In this document: positions 1-7,984 of the stretch, one piece after another
Layout: each line of letters starts with the position of its first letter
Position numbering within the stretch: position 1 is the stretch's first letter
Source: a virus
Lineage: Duplodnaviria > Caudoviricetes
Virus record (IMG/VR): IMGVR_UViG_3300023218_000085
Span: 1-40,667 of that record
Reading direction: 5' to 3' (one strand)
Length of the DNA stretch: 40,667 nt
Program-made: the position numbers and the translations under genes
The notes under the pieces: model-generated
The model's input: the letters and a program-made list of their open reading frames with translations, nothing else
What the model was told of the DNA's origin: nothing
Databases searched by the model: none

Positions 1-76
1 CCGGTAGAGGGTCGCCCGGTAGAGGGTCGCCTCGGTGAGGTTCGCCCCGTCGAGGGTCGCCCGGTTGAGGTTCGCC
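1..76. repeat. Terminal direct repeat (circular-assembly overlap), identical to 40592-40667
   Basis: Bases 1-76 match 40592-40667 exactly; the pentapeptide ORF stays in frame across the join (480+471=951 nt). Confidence 0.9.
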
Positions 77-480
77 TCGCGCAGGTTCGCCCCGTCGAGG
101 GTCGCCCGGTTGAGCGTCGCCTCGACGAGGTTCGCTCCGTCGAGGTTCGCTCCGTCGAGGTTCGCGTCGGTGAGCGTCGCCCGGTAGAGGGTCGCCTCGG
201 TGAGGTTCGCCCCGTCGAGGGTCGCCTCGGTGAGCGTCGCCCCGGTGAGCGTCGCCCGGTAGAGGTTCGCGCCGCTGAGCGTCGCGCCGTCGAGGTCCGC
301 GCCGGTGAGGTCCGCGCCGTCGAGGTCCGCCCCGACGAGGGTCGCCCCGACGAGGGTCGCGTCGGTGAGGTCCGCCCCGACGAGGTCCGCGCCGGTGAGG
401 TCGGGCAGCGGCTCGCCCGTCTCGTTGCGCTCGCGGATGAGTGTAACGAGGTCGGCTTTGCTAAGGTCTTGCGTGTTCAT
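1..480 (-). CDS. Pentapeptide-repeat protein, copy A, N-terminal part (continues across the circular junction into 40591-40121; about 316 aa in total)
   Basis: ATG at 480 with AAAGGA RBS; starts [20 protein letters not shown] like copy B; 15-bp repeat units encode A(N/D/T)Lxx pentapeptides. Confidence 0.88.
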   Translation of the reverse strand, partial: MNTQDLSKADLVTLIRERNETGEPLPDLTGADLVGADLTDATLVGATLVGADLDGADLTGADLDGATLSGANLYRATLTGATLTEATLDGANLTEATLYRATLTDANLDGANLDGANLVEATLNRATLDGANLREANLNRATLDGANLTEATLYRATLYR

Positions 481-543
481 GTGTTTTTCCTTTCACTTGA
501 CTATATAACCATTATAGTTGCACTAGCGCAACTACGCAAGGGT
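397..543. repeat. 147-bp direct repeat (promoter, RBS and 5' end of pentapeptide gene), second copy at 7211-7357
   Basis: Alignment by eye: 3 mismatches (420/7234, 506/7320, 539/7353), offset 6814 bp. Confidence 0.9.
511..539 (-). promoter_or_regulatory. Sigma70-type promoter with overlapping palindromic operator
   Basis: Minus strand TTGCGT-17 bp-TATAAT; near-perfect palindrome TAGTTGCACTAGCGCAACTA at 515-534 covers the spacer. Confidence 0.75.
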
Positions 544-637
544 AATTACCCCCTAATTTCTGGGGGTGTTGGCGACAAGCTCCTCCCAGCACCCCCCGCC
601 ACGAACCGCTTTTACAACTTTCGCATTTTGATGAGTG

Positions 638-811
638 CTATTTGTCTTTGCATTCGTGCGGTACACCCCAGGCATCGAACGTTTCTACGTTGTCGATGCG
701 GTAGAGGTGGCTGTAGTCGTCCTCGTCTGGCTTAAAGGTTGCGGTTGCGAGTTCTGGCTGGCACATTGCACCGCAGTTTGGGCATTCGCCGTAGAGGGTG
801 TGGGTTTTCAT
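638..811 (-). CDS. Small putative Zn-binding protein (57 aa, below the ORF-track cutoff)
   Basis: ATG at 811 with AGGAG RBS; MKTHTLYGECPNCGAM...PHECKDK with CxxC and HxC; TAG at 640-638. Confidence 0.6.
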   Translation of the reverse strand: MKTHTLYGECPNCGAMCQPELATATFKPDEDDYSHLYRIDNVETFDAWGVPHECKDK

Positions 812-843
812 TTTAGGCTCCTATTTTTAGTCCAAATCGATTG

Positions 844-1185
844 TTAAATGTAACGCTCGTCAGGCACGACCTCGACGCGGTACCAACGCCCTGTTTTCCA
901 CGACGGCAGCGTTTTAACCAAGTCCACAATCTTGTGCGCTGATCGAATGCGAAATGATACGGTGACATTAACTGGCCTGCGGATGGGACTGGTTATCATT
1001 TCCGCTTCGTGAACATGGTCAATATAGAGGTCTTCCCATCGCTCTGTGTGAAAATCGGTTTCGTACCCACCATCGCTACTTTCCCACTGGTACGCCACAA
1101 TCACGAGCGGCCCCTCGTGCAGCTCAAAACGATCACCTGGCAAATTGCGTTGCCACACGCGAACATGACATTGGGGGAGACTCAT
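844..1185 (-). CDS. Hypothetical protein
   Basis: 113-aa ORF with ordinary composition; ATGA overlap with the upstream methyltransferase fragment. Confidence 0.6.
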   Translation of the reverse strand: MSLPQCHVRVWQRNLPGDRFELHEGPLVIVAYQWESSDGGYETDFHTERWEDLYIDHVHEAEMITSPIRRPVNVTVSFRIRSAHKIVDLVKTLPSWKTGRWYRVEVVPDERYI

Positions 1186-1469
1186 TGCTTCCTCAGCCTC
1201 CGGCGGCCTGTGAGACCCGCGCCGCTACCAGCGTAGCTAATGTCTTGGCAGGGGAATCCTCCGAAGATGAGATCAAGGTTGCTGGGGAAGCCGGTAGCGT
1301 GGACATGGCGTATATCTCCGAGTAGTCGAACGTGGGGCCAGTGGCGCGCAAGCACGCGGCGGCAATACGGCTTCGTTTCGCACATGCTCACCACGCGGAA
1401 TCCGGCGGCTTCGGCAGCGAGGTCCAAGCCGCCAATGCCGGTGAAAAAGGATGCGGCGGTGTAGGTCAT
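1182..1469 (-). pseudogene. Truncated C5-cytosine DNA methyltransferase (motifs I-IV only)
   Basis: SFFTGIGGLD (motif I), GDI, GGFPCQDIS (motif IV catalytic PC); ends at 95 aa before ENV and later motifs. Confidence 0.85.
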
Positions 1470-2533
1470 CCGTCCCCCCCCGTGAACCGCACATTCACCT
1501 CGCGTCCAACCGCGTCGCTGGTGTAGCGCCGCACGAACCGCCCCCAGCGCCCGGCTAGCTCCGTAGCGGCGCTCACGGACCGCACGGCGACGGTGAAGAT
1601 TTCGCCGTTGTCGGTGGCGATGTGGTTCACCAGGCGGGCGTGGCGCAGCAGTCGGTCATAGTCCGTGCGCATGTGGATGCTCAGCATCCGCGTCGCGTGC
1701 CGCCACTCATCGCGGATGGCTGTACTCACGTCAGCGGCGGGCGGGAGCGGAGCGGGAGCGGGTGGCGGCGGAGTGGGGTCCGGGAGCGGGTCATCTGGCG
1801 AGGCCTTCGGGGTTTTCGAATCAGTGTGGTCCATCCACGCGCTGTAATCCGTGGTCGGGACCCGTTGTGCGTCGGGCGCATAGACGGGCTGCGCCTCGGC
1901 CTGTTGACGCTCCAGGCAGGCACGGGCGTAGCCGCCAGCGTTGATGCGCGCTTTGTCCTTGGCGGTGACGAGCGCTGCGCGGACCTGTTCCAGCGGGTAG
2001 GCGCGCAGCGCTTCGGCCTCTAGCCCCGCCACGCCGTGTGCGGCGCACAGCGCGGCATGGGCGTCGGTGGTTGTCTCGGAATCGCTAGGCATACTCCCCT
2101 CTCCACTAAGATAAATAAGTCTCTCTCTCTCATGGGGGGTGGTTTTGCCCTCGCGGGGGGGTGGTTTTGCACCCGCGAGGGTGGATTCTGCCCTCGCGAG
2201 GGTGGATTTTGCCGGGGCAAAATCCACCACCTGAGGGCCGGGCACGGACCAAACGTAAGCGCCGGGGCCGACGCGGGCGCGCCGGATGAGGCCTGCTGTA
2301 ACCAGTACCAACAGCTTACGTTTGACGGTGTCGGCGCTCATACCGCCGACCGTATCGGCAATCATGGCGTAGCTCATTTGCCGTGGCCCGGCGCGGAGGG
2401 GGTCGCGTAGCTCGTGGTAGAGCCAGCCAAGCGCGGGGTCACTGTGCTGGCGAACCAGCGCTTGGATAGACGACCGCCGAGCGGGTGCCGGGCGCGGTGC
2501 GGTCGTGTGTTGCTGGAGTGGGGCGGCGGTCAT
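1466..2533 (-). CDS. Phage replication initiator: N-terminal HTH plus C-terminal DnaA N-terminal-like domain
   Basis: Likely start MTAAPL at 2533 (ATGA overlap); winged HTH (SYAMIADTVGGMSADTVKRKLLVLVTAGLI); C-terminus W...LSIHMRTDYDRLLRHARL...FTVAVRS...GREVNVRF resembles DnaA domain I; internal iterons. Confidence 0.7.
   Translation of the reverse strand: MTAAPLQQHTTAPRPAPARRSSIQALVRQHSDPALGWLYHELRDPLRAGPRQMSYAMIADTVGGMSADTVKRKLLVLVTAGLIRRARVGPGAYVWSVPGPQVVDFAPAKSTLARAESTLAGAKPPPREGKTTPHERERLIYLSGEGSMPSDSETTTDAHAALCAAHGVAGLEAEALRAYPLEQVRAALVTAKDKARINAGGYARACLERQQAEAQPVYAPDAQRVPTTDYSAWMDHTDSKTPKASPDDPLPDPTPPPPAPAPLPPAADVSTAIRDEWRHATRMLSIHMRTDYDRLLRHARLVNHIATDNGEIFTVAVRSVSAATELAGRWGRFVRRYTSDAVGREVNVRFTGGDG
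2138..2228. repeat. Iteron-like repeats inside the initiator gene (putative origin)
   Basis: Four 20-22-bp units beginning GGTGG(T/A)TT(T/C)TGC at 2138, 2160, 2180 and 2201; the last forms the palindrome GGTGGATTTTGCC-GG-GGCAAAATCCACC; AT/CT-rich tract at 2107-2130. Confidence 0.7.
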
Positions 2534-2724
2534 GAGCGCACCCCCTGGCGCGCCTTGGCGTCTGTGCGGGCCGCGCGATAGGTAGCAACAATCGTGTCGT
2601 GGGTCTGCGTGCTGGCGTTGCACGGCGTGCGCCAGGTGTAGCCGCCAGGCACTTCGAGTAGCTCGTAGTAGTGGCCGTGCGCGTAGATAATCACGATGAC
2701 CTTTGCGCCTTCTGTGTAACGCAT
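2530..2724 (-). CDS. Hypothetical protein (64 aa)
   Basis: MRYTEGAK start just after the parB stop, GAGGAGG RBS; coupled to the initiator gene. Confidence 0.6.
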   Translation of the reverse strand: MRYTEGAKVIVIIYAHGHYYELLEVPGGYTWRTPCNASTQTHDTIVATYRAARTDAKARQGVRS

Positions 2725-2725
2725 A

Positions 2726-4276
2726 TTAATCCTCCTCGTGAATAGAAAGGTTGGCAATTGTCAGGTCAAACACACGCCTCAATTCTGCGTGCATGGCCTG
2801 AAACGATGCTGCCACGAGGTCGCGTGTGAGCACGTGCTCACCCCCGTTTTCCGCAATCGCCTCGATAGCGCCCGCCAGCTGTGGCGCGTTGAGGAGTCTT
2901 GCGAGGTTGTACAGGTAATCCAGATGCTCGCGCGTGGCGTCGTCCAGCCGCACGGCCTGATGGGTCGCCTCACGAATGTATCGGCTGTTATCGGGCGTCG
3001 GGTCCGCATACGGTGTAAGGTCGTGCATGTTGAAGCAGCGGCGCTGGTCGTCGTCCATGTCCACATCAACAGCAAAGCCTTCCGTGCGCGCCACAACGCC
3101 GGGACCAAAGCCGCGCGCGGTGACGCGCTGGCCGACGACGAACGGGTTGTGACTGCGCGGGGGATCGCTGAGCGGCGGGTTGACGGGCTGACGTGGGCCG
3201 GGGTCCGCAGCGCGTGGGGGTGGGGTTGGCCTGGCGTCGAGTGGGGCGCGCGGGCCGGGGTCGCGGTCGCGGACGTGGGCGGGGGGCGGGCCATCGTCAA
3301 AAATGGCGGCATCGGCCTCCGCCAGGGTGGTGGGGGAGTCGGGTTGAGTGGGGTAAATTTCCGCCATGGCGGAAGTTTCGTGGCTTGGTGCGTTGGCGGC
3401 ATTTGTCTTGTGCTTGGCCGGATTGACCAGCAGCATGAGCTTATTGAGCGATGTGCTGTCTTTGTCGGCCTCGTCCCACTGTTGTGATGTGAGGGCGAGG
3501 AGATCCTTGTAGTCGCTGAGGACGGAAGAACCCCGCCCGCCCATCATACGCTTAACTAGAGCGGCGTTTCCGTACTTGGCTTGCATATTCGCAACTTGGG
3601 CGTAGAAATCCCGCTCGTGGTCGAATGCGGCCATCGGCTCAAAGGTCACGCTCTTGTCGTCTCGGTAGCTCTCCATGATGGCGAGCGCGAGCTGGCGGGC
3701 CATGCCGACAGCGTTGAGGTCGGAGCGGTTGGTGTTCTCGGTGGCCTGCCGCTCGCGAGAAAAGTCCTCGAAGCGCCGAGTAGCGATGGTGCTAAAGTCG
3801 TTGCCGTCATGAACGACATCAAAGGCGTTGAGGAGGACGTGGGCGGTCCATCGCCGCTCGCCTGTCTCAATCGTGAGCTGGCTGTTGAGCGGGGCAACCG
3901 TGATGGGATTGGTGAGGCCGGGTTTGACGCTGACAGCGAAGCGGATCAGCTTGAGCCACTCGAGCAGCAGGGGGGTGTCCGCATCGTCTGGTATCGGCTG
4001 CTCCTCACGGAGCATGGCGGCAACGTGGATTTTGCCCGTTGCCGCGTGCCAGGCCATCAGCTGCGCGACGCGGTTGCCGGGGGCCTGGGCTGCGATGGCC
4101 GCCGGGATGACGCGTCGGGGCTGTTGCTGGTCGGGGGAAAGCTCGTCGATGGGGATGCGGGTCACGCGGATACGTTTGCCGGACGTGACGGACTCGGTAT
4201 CGGAGAGGCCGTAGATTTCGACGGCGGCGTCGGTCAGGTTATCAAATGCGTTGCGGCCTTCGTCTCGCCTAGTCAT
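2726..4276 (-). CDS. parB: ParB-family partition protein with long C-terminal extension
   Basis: IPIDELSPDQQQPRR, GLTNPITV, ETGERRWTA (ParB arginine patch), ENTNRSDLN; directly downstream of parA. Confidence 0.85.
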   Translation of the reverse strand: MTRRDEGRNAFDNLTDAAVEIYGLSDTESVTSGKRIRVTRIPIDELSPDQQQPRRVIPAAIAAQAPGNRVAQLMAWHAATGKIHVAAMLREEQPIPDDADTPLLLEWLKLIRFAVSVKPGLTNPITVAPLNSQLTIETGERRWTAHVLLNAFDVVHDGNDFSTIATRRFEDFSRERQATENTNRSDLNAVGMARQLALAIMESYRDDKSVTFEPMAAFDHERDFYAQVANMQAKYGNAALVKRMMGGRGSSVLSDYKDLLALTSQQWDEADKDSTSLNKLMLLVNPAKHKTNAANAPSHETSAMAEIYPTQPDSPTTLAEADAAIFDDGPPPAHVRDRDPGPRAPLDARPTPPPRAADPGPRQPVNPPLSDPPRSHNPFVVGQRVTARGFGPGVVARTEGFAVDVDMDDDQRRCFNMHDLTPYADPTPDNSRYIREATHQAVRLDDATREHLDYLYNLARLLNAPQLAGAIEAIAENGGEHVLTRDLVAASFQAMHAELRRVFDLTIANLSIHEED

Positions 4277-5057
4277 TGGTAGCCCTCAGTGCGTTCTTGA
4301 CGCGATCAGCGAAGGCCCACAGCTGCTTTGCAGCGTCGCCGCCGCTGTCGTATGCGAATACGGACTTTCCGACGGCGGCAGCTTCGCGGACGGCGGTGCG
4401 CGTGGCGACCGGCTCCCAGGCGTACGACCCGAATTGCTGCTGGATCGTCTCGTAACCGTGCTGGTGCTCGCTGGTGCGAGCGTCATAGAGGTTGGTTTGC
4501 ACCCCAAGCAGCTGTAGGCCGCTGCCCGTTTGCCGCTGGCGGGTCCGCGAGACCCGCGTCATGTTGCCAGCGGTGGACGCCAGGCCATCAAGGCCCAGCT
4601 GCTCCGCCGACGACGGCAATACCAAGCCGTCGCTGGCGTAAAAGACCAACGCGTTGGTCATCGACGGCGTGGGCGACGTGTCGATGATGACGGTGTCCAC
4701 GTTCAACTCCTCTACGCGCTCGCGCAGAAGGCCGACCTCTTGGATGTGGTTGGGGATGCTGATGGCCTCCGGGTTGGAGGCACAGACGAACAGCTCGCCC
4801 CGTGGCGTGGCGTGGGGTGGGGCGTAGTGGCCGGATGGGACAACCTGGAGGCAGTCGCCCCAGTCCGCGTCGCGGACGAGCAAGTCGTATATGTGCGCGG
4901 CTTTGGCCACGCCCAGCAGGTAGGCGCTATGCCCCTGCGGGTCCGTGTCGATAAGCACGACGCGCTGGCCCTCAATCGTCAGCGCGGCGGCCAGGTGCAC
5001 GGCGAGCGTCGATTTGCCGACGCCGCCCTTCTCGTTGTGAAGCGTGATGATTCGCAT
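4269..5057 (-). CDS. parA: ParA/Soj-family partition ATPase
   Basis: NEKGGVGKST deviant Walker A, LIDTDPQG, IIDTSP; likely start MRIITL at 5057. Confidence 0.93.
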   Translation of the reverse strand: MRIITLHNEKGGVGKSTLAVHLAAALTIEGQRVVLIDTDPQGHSAYLLGVAKAAHIYDLLVRDADWGDCLQVVPSGHYAPPHATPRGELFVCASNPEAISIPNHIQEVGLLRERVEELNVDTVIIDTSPTPSMTNALVFYASDGLVLPSSAEQLGLDGLASTAGNMTRVSRTRQRQTGSGLQLLGVQTNLYDARTSEHQHGYETIQQQFGSYAWEPVATRTAVREAAAVGKSVFAYDSGGDAAKQLWAFADRVKNALRATND

Positions 5058-5194
5058 GGTTCCTTGCTCCTTATTAGGCATGGTGTGTAAAGTTAAGTCC
5101 GGTCACTTCGCGAGTAGCGGGTGGTCCGGGGCGGGGACGGTTTTTGCTTTCGGGCTAGCCGTCCCCGTTTTCGTTTGTGTTGATAAACTGCTTT

Positions 5195-5560
5195 CTAGAA
5201 TGGCACGTCGTCCCCGGCGGATCGTTGCCGGGTTTTCCATTGCTGGAGCGCCATATCCAGCAAGCCGCGCCAGAGCATGTTGGCGCCGTTGCGCTGGGCG
5301 TGAGTCCAGTGCGTGTCCGTCTCCAGGTCGATCATGTCCATGATGACGTTGAGGCGGTCGGTGAACCTCGTCCATGCGCGCTCGCGCAGCGTCAACTCCG
5401 CTTTGGCGGCGGTCGCCTCGGCGGCGTGATGGTCGCGAGCAGCTTCGGCGTCGCGCAACTGCGCGGACAACGCGTCGGTTTCCTTACTCATACGGTCGAG
5501 TGCCTCAGCGGGGGATTCGGATGCAATCCATCCATCTTCCTGGTTGCCGGGTGTGGTCAT
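5195..5560 (-). CDS. Hypothetical coiled-coil protein
   Basis: Overlap-coupled ORF in the leftward operon; heptad-like; ends DDVPF. Confidence 0.6.
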   Translation of the reverse strand: MTTPGNQEDGWIASESPAEALDRMSKETDALSAQLRDAEAARDHHAAEATAAKAELTLRERAWTRFTDRLNVIMDMIDLETDTHWTHAQRNGANMLWRGLLDMALQQWKTRQRSAGDDVPF

Positions 5561-5997
5561 GTGGTTTCGCCGACCTCCGGTGGGGTGATGGTCGCCTCGT
5601 CGACTGGCGGCGGGCCGTCGTTGCTGCCGACTGCGGCGTCAAGTTTTCTGATGAGATCTTCCTGGCGGCGCATCACCGCTTCAAGCACATCAATGCGCTC
5701 ATTGAGTTGGATCGCGTAGGCATCGGATTGAGCGTTGACACCAAGCAGCGTGACATAGGCCGTGTGGAGGGCGCGAGCGGCCTTGAATACATCGAGGAGT
5801 GCGCGGTGCGCACGGTCGCTATCCGCGTCGTAGGGTTCGCCCGTCTCGGGGTCCGTTACCATGTCCAACAGTTCGTTAATGTGGTTGGACATGATGCTGA
5901 GCGAGATGTCGGGGTCAACGCCGGTCTCCTTGATGATGGCCCGGCGCATGGCATCCACGCGGCGCTCGTTGATCTGTGTCACGTTGCCACCTCCCAC
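5557..5997 (-). CDS. Hypothetical protein (start may be GTG near 5982)
   Basis: Overlap-coupled ORF with plausible helical composition. Confidence 0.6.
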   Translation of the reverse strand: MGGGNVTQINERRVDAMRRAIIKETGVDPDISLSIMSNHINELLDMVTDPETGEPYDADSDRAHRALLDVFKAARALHTAYVTLLGVNAQSDAYAIQLNERIDVLEAVMRRQEDLIRKLDAAVGSNDGPPPVDEATITPPEVGETT

Positions 5998-6404
5998 GGC
6001 TCGCGGGGCACAACGGCGTACGTGTACTCGCGAGCAAACTTAACTGCGCGGGCGACGGCCTCTTCGCGCCAGGCGGCGTGGCGCGCGGCGGCGCTCGGGC
6101 GCTCCCCGATCGGGTAGCCGTCCTCGCCGAGGACGGTCAACTCGGTGTGGCCGATTGTTGTCCGCCCGGCGGCCATCCATCGCGGGCGGGGCGGTGGGGT
6201 GTTGTCCGGCGCGGCGACGGGCAACGCGGCGGCGGGCGGGGTGCCGCTGTCGTCATCGTCGGACGACGGCAAGCCGAGCAGGGCATGTAGTCGATCAATA
6301 CACGCCTGCTGCTTGACGAGTTGCGCCTCCAATGCTGCAATGCGGCGCTCCTGTTGGAGCCAGGCCGGGCCGCGCCAGGTGGGGTGTGCGGGGTTGTGTG
6401 TCAT
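5979..6404 (-). CDS. Hypothetical protein
   Basis: ATGA overlap with pentapeptide copy B. Confidence 0.55.
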   Translation of the reverse strand: MTHNPAHPTWRGPAWLQQERRIAALEAQLVKQQACIDRLHALLGLPSSDDDDSGTPPAAALPVAAPDNTPPPRPRWMAAGRTTIGHTELTVLGEDGYPIGERPSAAARHAAWREEAVARAVKFAREYTYAVVPREPWEVAT

Positions 6405-7294
6405 GATGTTTTCTCCTCACTGAGGTCAATCGGGAACGGTTCGTTTTCGTGCAACCAGGTGCGCATCGTATCGAGCACCCATTGCTTTGCGGTGCGACCA
6501 TCCTTTACTGTAAAGGATGGCGCGTTGCTGAGTAGATCATCCCAGCACCCCCGCTCCGCGTGGATGAGGACAAATCCTGCTGCGGCGCGCTTGCCGCCAT
6601 CGTCGCCTGCCGCTTGGTGCAGCCGCTCCGCAATCAGCTCGTGTGATTGCCAGCTCATGCGGACCCCGCGCAGGCTCGCCCCGCGCAGGTTCGCCTCGCG
6701 CAGGTTTACCCGGTAGAGGTTCGCCTCGCGCAGGTTCGCGTGGTAGAGGGTCGCCCGATAGAGGTTCGTCCAGCGCAGGCTCGCGCCGGTGAGGGTCGCC
6801 AGGTAGAGGTTCGCGCCGACGAGGTTCGCTCCGTCGAGGGTCGCCCGGTCGAGGGTCGCCCGGTTGAGGTCCGCGCCGTCGAGGTCCGCCCAGCGCAGGT
6901 TCGCGCCGACGAGGGTCGCCTCGGTGAGGGTCGCCCGGTCGAGGTTCGCCTCGGTGAGGTTCGCCAGGTAGAGCGTCGCCCGGTACAGGTTCGCCCCGTC
7001 GAGGGTCGCCTCGGTGAGCGTCGCCCCGCTGAGGGTCGCCTCGTTGAGGTTCGCGCCGCTGAGCGTCGCCCCGGTGAGGTTCGCGCCGAAGAGATTCGCC
7101 CGGTTGAGCGTCGCCTCGGTGAGGTTCGCGCCGAAGAGATTCGCCCGGTCGAGGTCCGCGCCGTCGAGGTTCGCCCCGACGAGGTTCGCCCCGACGAGGT
7201 TCGCCCGGTAGAGGTCGGGCAGCGGCTCGCCCGCCTCGTTGCGCTCGCGGATGAGTGTAACGAGGTCGGCTTTGCTAAGGTCTTGCGTGTTCAT
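6401..7294 (-). CDS. Pentapeptide-repeat protein, copy B (297 aa)
   Basis: Long run of A(N/D/T/S)Lxx pentapeptides plus a C-terminal domain of about 85 aa; AAAGGA RBS. Confidence 0.93.
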   Translation of the reverse strand: MNTQDLSKADLVTLIRERNEAGEPLPDLYRANLVGANLVGANLDGADLDRANLFGANLTEATLNRANLFGANLTGATLSGANLNEATLSGATLTEATLDGANLYRATLYLANLTEANLDRATLTEATLVGANLRWADLDGADLNRATLDRATLDGANLVGANLYLATLTGASLRWTNLYRATLYHANLREANLYRVNLREANLRGASLRGVRMSWQSHELIAERLHQAAGDDGGKRAAAGFVLIHAERGCWDDLLSNAPSFTVKDGRTAKQWVLDTMRTWLHENEPFPIDLSEEKTS

Positions 7295-7324
7295 GTGTTT
7301 TTCCTTTCACTTGACTATACAACC

Positions 7325-7353
7325 ATTATAGTTGCACTAGCGCAACTACGCAG
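7325..7353 (-). promoter_or_regulatory. Second copy of the pentapeptide-gene promoter and operator
   Basis: CTGCGT-17 bp-TATAAT on the minus strand, with the same 20-bp palindrome at 7329-7348. Confidence 0.7.
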
Positions 7354-7542
7354 GGGTGTTGACGGGCGGTGCCGGGGGCGTGCGCCACAGATTAAGCCGC
7401 TGGCCGCGCGGCGGTGGCGGTCTCTGATGGTCCCTGGCCCGTGCCGGTTGCGCTGGGTGCCCCACCGGGTGGTGGGGCAGCGGGGTGGGCTGGCGAGGGT
7501 GCCAGCTCGGAATAAGTTGAGGGAGGCGGGGAGGCCCGCCGA

Positions 7543-7591
7543 TGCCCCACGTCCGGAATCGAACCGGGTAGAACGCCCGTGCGTCGTGGGG
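7543..7591 (-). ncRNA. Arm-reduced tRNA-like element (acceptor stem plus T-arm)
   Basis: Minus strand CCCCACG-acgcacgggcgttcta-cCCGG-TTCGATT-CCGGa-CGTGGGG-CA; canonical T-loop; no D or anticodon arm. Confidence 0.5.
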
Positions 7592-7642
7592 TTACATTGC
7601 GTTAATGCAGGAACTCGCGTTATCCTGTTTGCTGATAGTTAG

Positions 7643-7915
7643 TGCGAAGGCGTCCGCAAGCTCCTACACTGCGCTTGTAAGGCGGCGGGGGTCGGGTCGC
7701 TTGGCCCGCACACGCTGCGGCACCGAAAAGGGCGCCAGTTGGCGGCGGCCAAGATCAGCCCGCCCACGGCTGCGAATTTGCTGGGTCATGAGAGCGTCGA
7801 AATCACGCTGAACTACTACTAAAACCAGGACTGGACCGACGCGGAAAATGCCGCGCGCCAGCTCCAGACCCGCGCCATTGACCCCAAAATCACAAAATTT
7901 ACGGATGTGAGTTAG
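7643..7915 (+). pseudogene. Tyrosine integrase C-terminal remnant
   Basis: Manual translation ...ACKAAGVGSLGPHTLRH...ANLLGHESVEITLNYY*NQDW... contains HxLRH, LLGH and the catalytic Tyr region; stops at 7640-7642 and 7820-7822; no N-terminal part or start. Confidence 0.85.
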
Positions 7916-7944
7916 GGGACTGTTAGCGAGTCAGATTTTGTGCC

Positions 7945-7984
7945 GGGTCGGTGAGGTCGTGGGTTCAAATCCCGCCGCCCCGAC
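7945..7984 (+). other. Putative attP core: 3' half of a tRNA gene (tRNA-Pro-like)
   Basis: GGGTCGGTGAGGTCGTGGGTTCAAATCCCGCCGCCCCGAC has a T-arm and 3' acceptor strand ending CCCCGAC; lies just after the integrase remnant; no 5' tRNA half. Confidence 0.8.

Noticed and set aside
6660-7215. 15-bp tandem repeats as a CRISPR or guide-RNA array
   Set aside because: They are in-frame codons of a pentapeptide-repeat protein with RBS and promoter; there are no unique spacers.
6401-7294. Pentapeptide paralogs as DGR template and variable repeats
   Set aside because: No reverse transcriptase is evident, both copies are coding, and the differences are not adenine-specific.
7945-7984. Functional tRNA gene
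   Set aside because: Only the 3' half is present; its position after the integrase fits attP.
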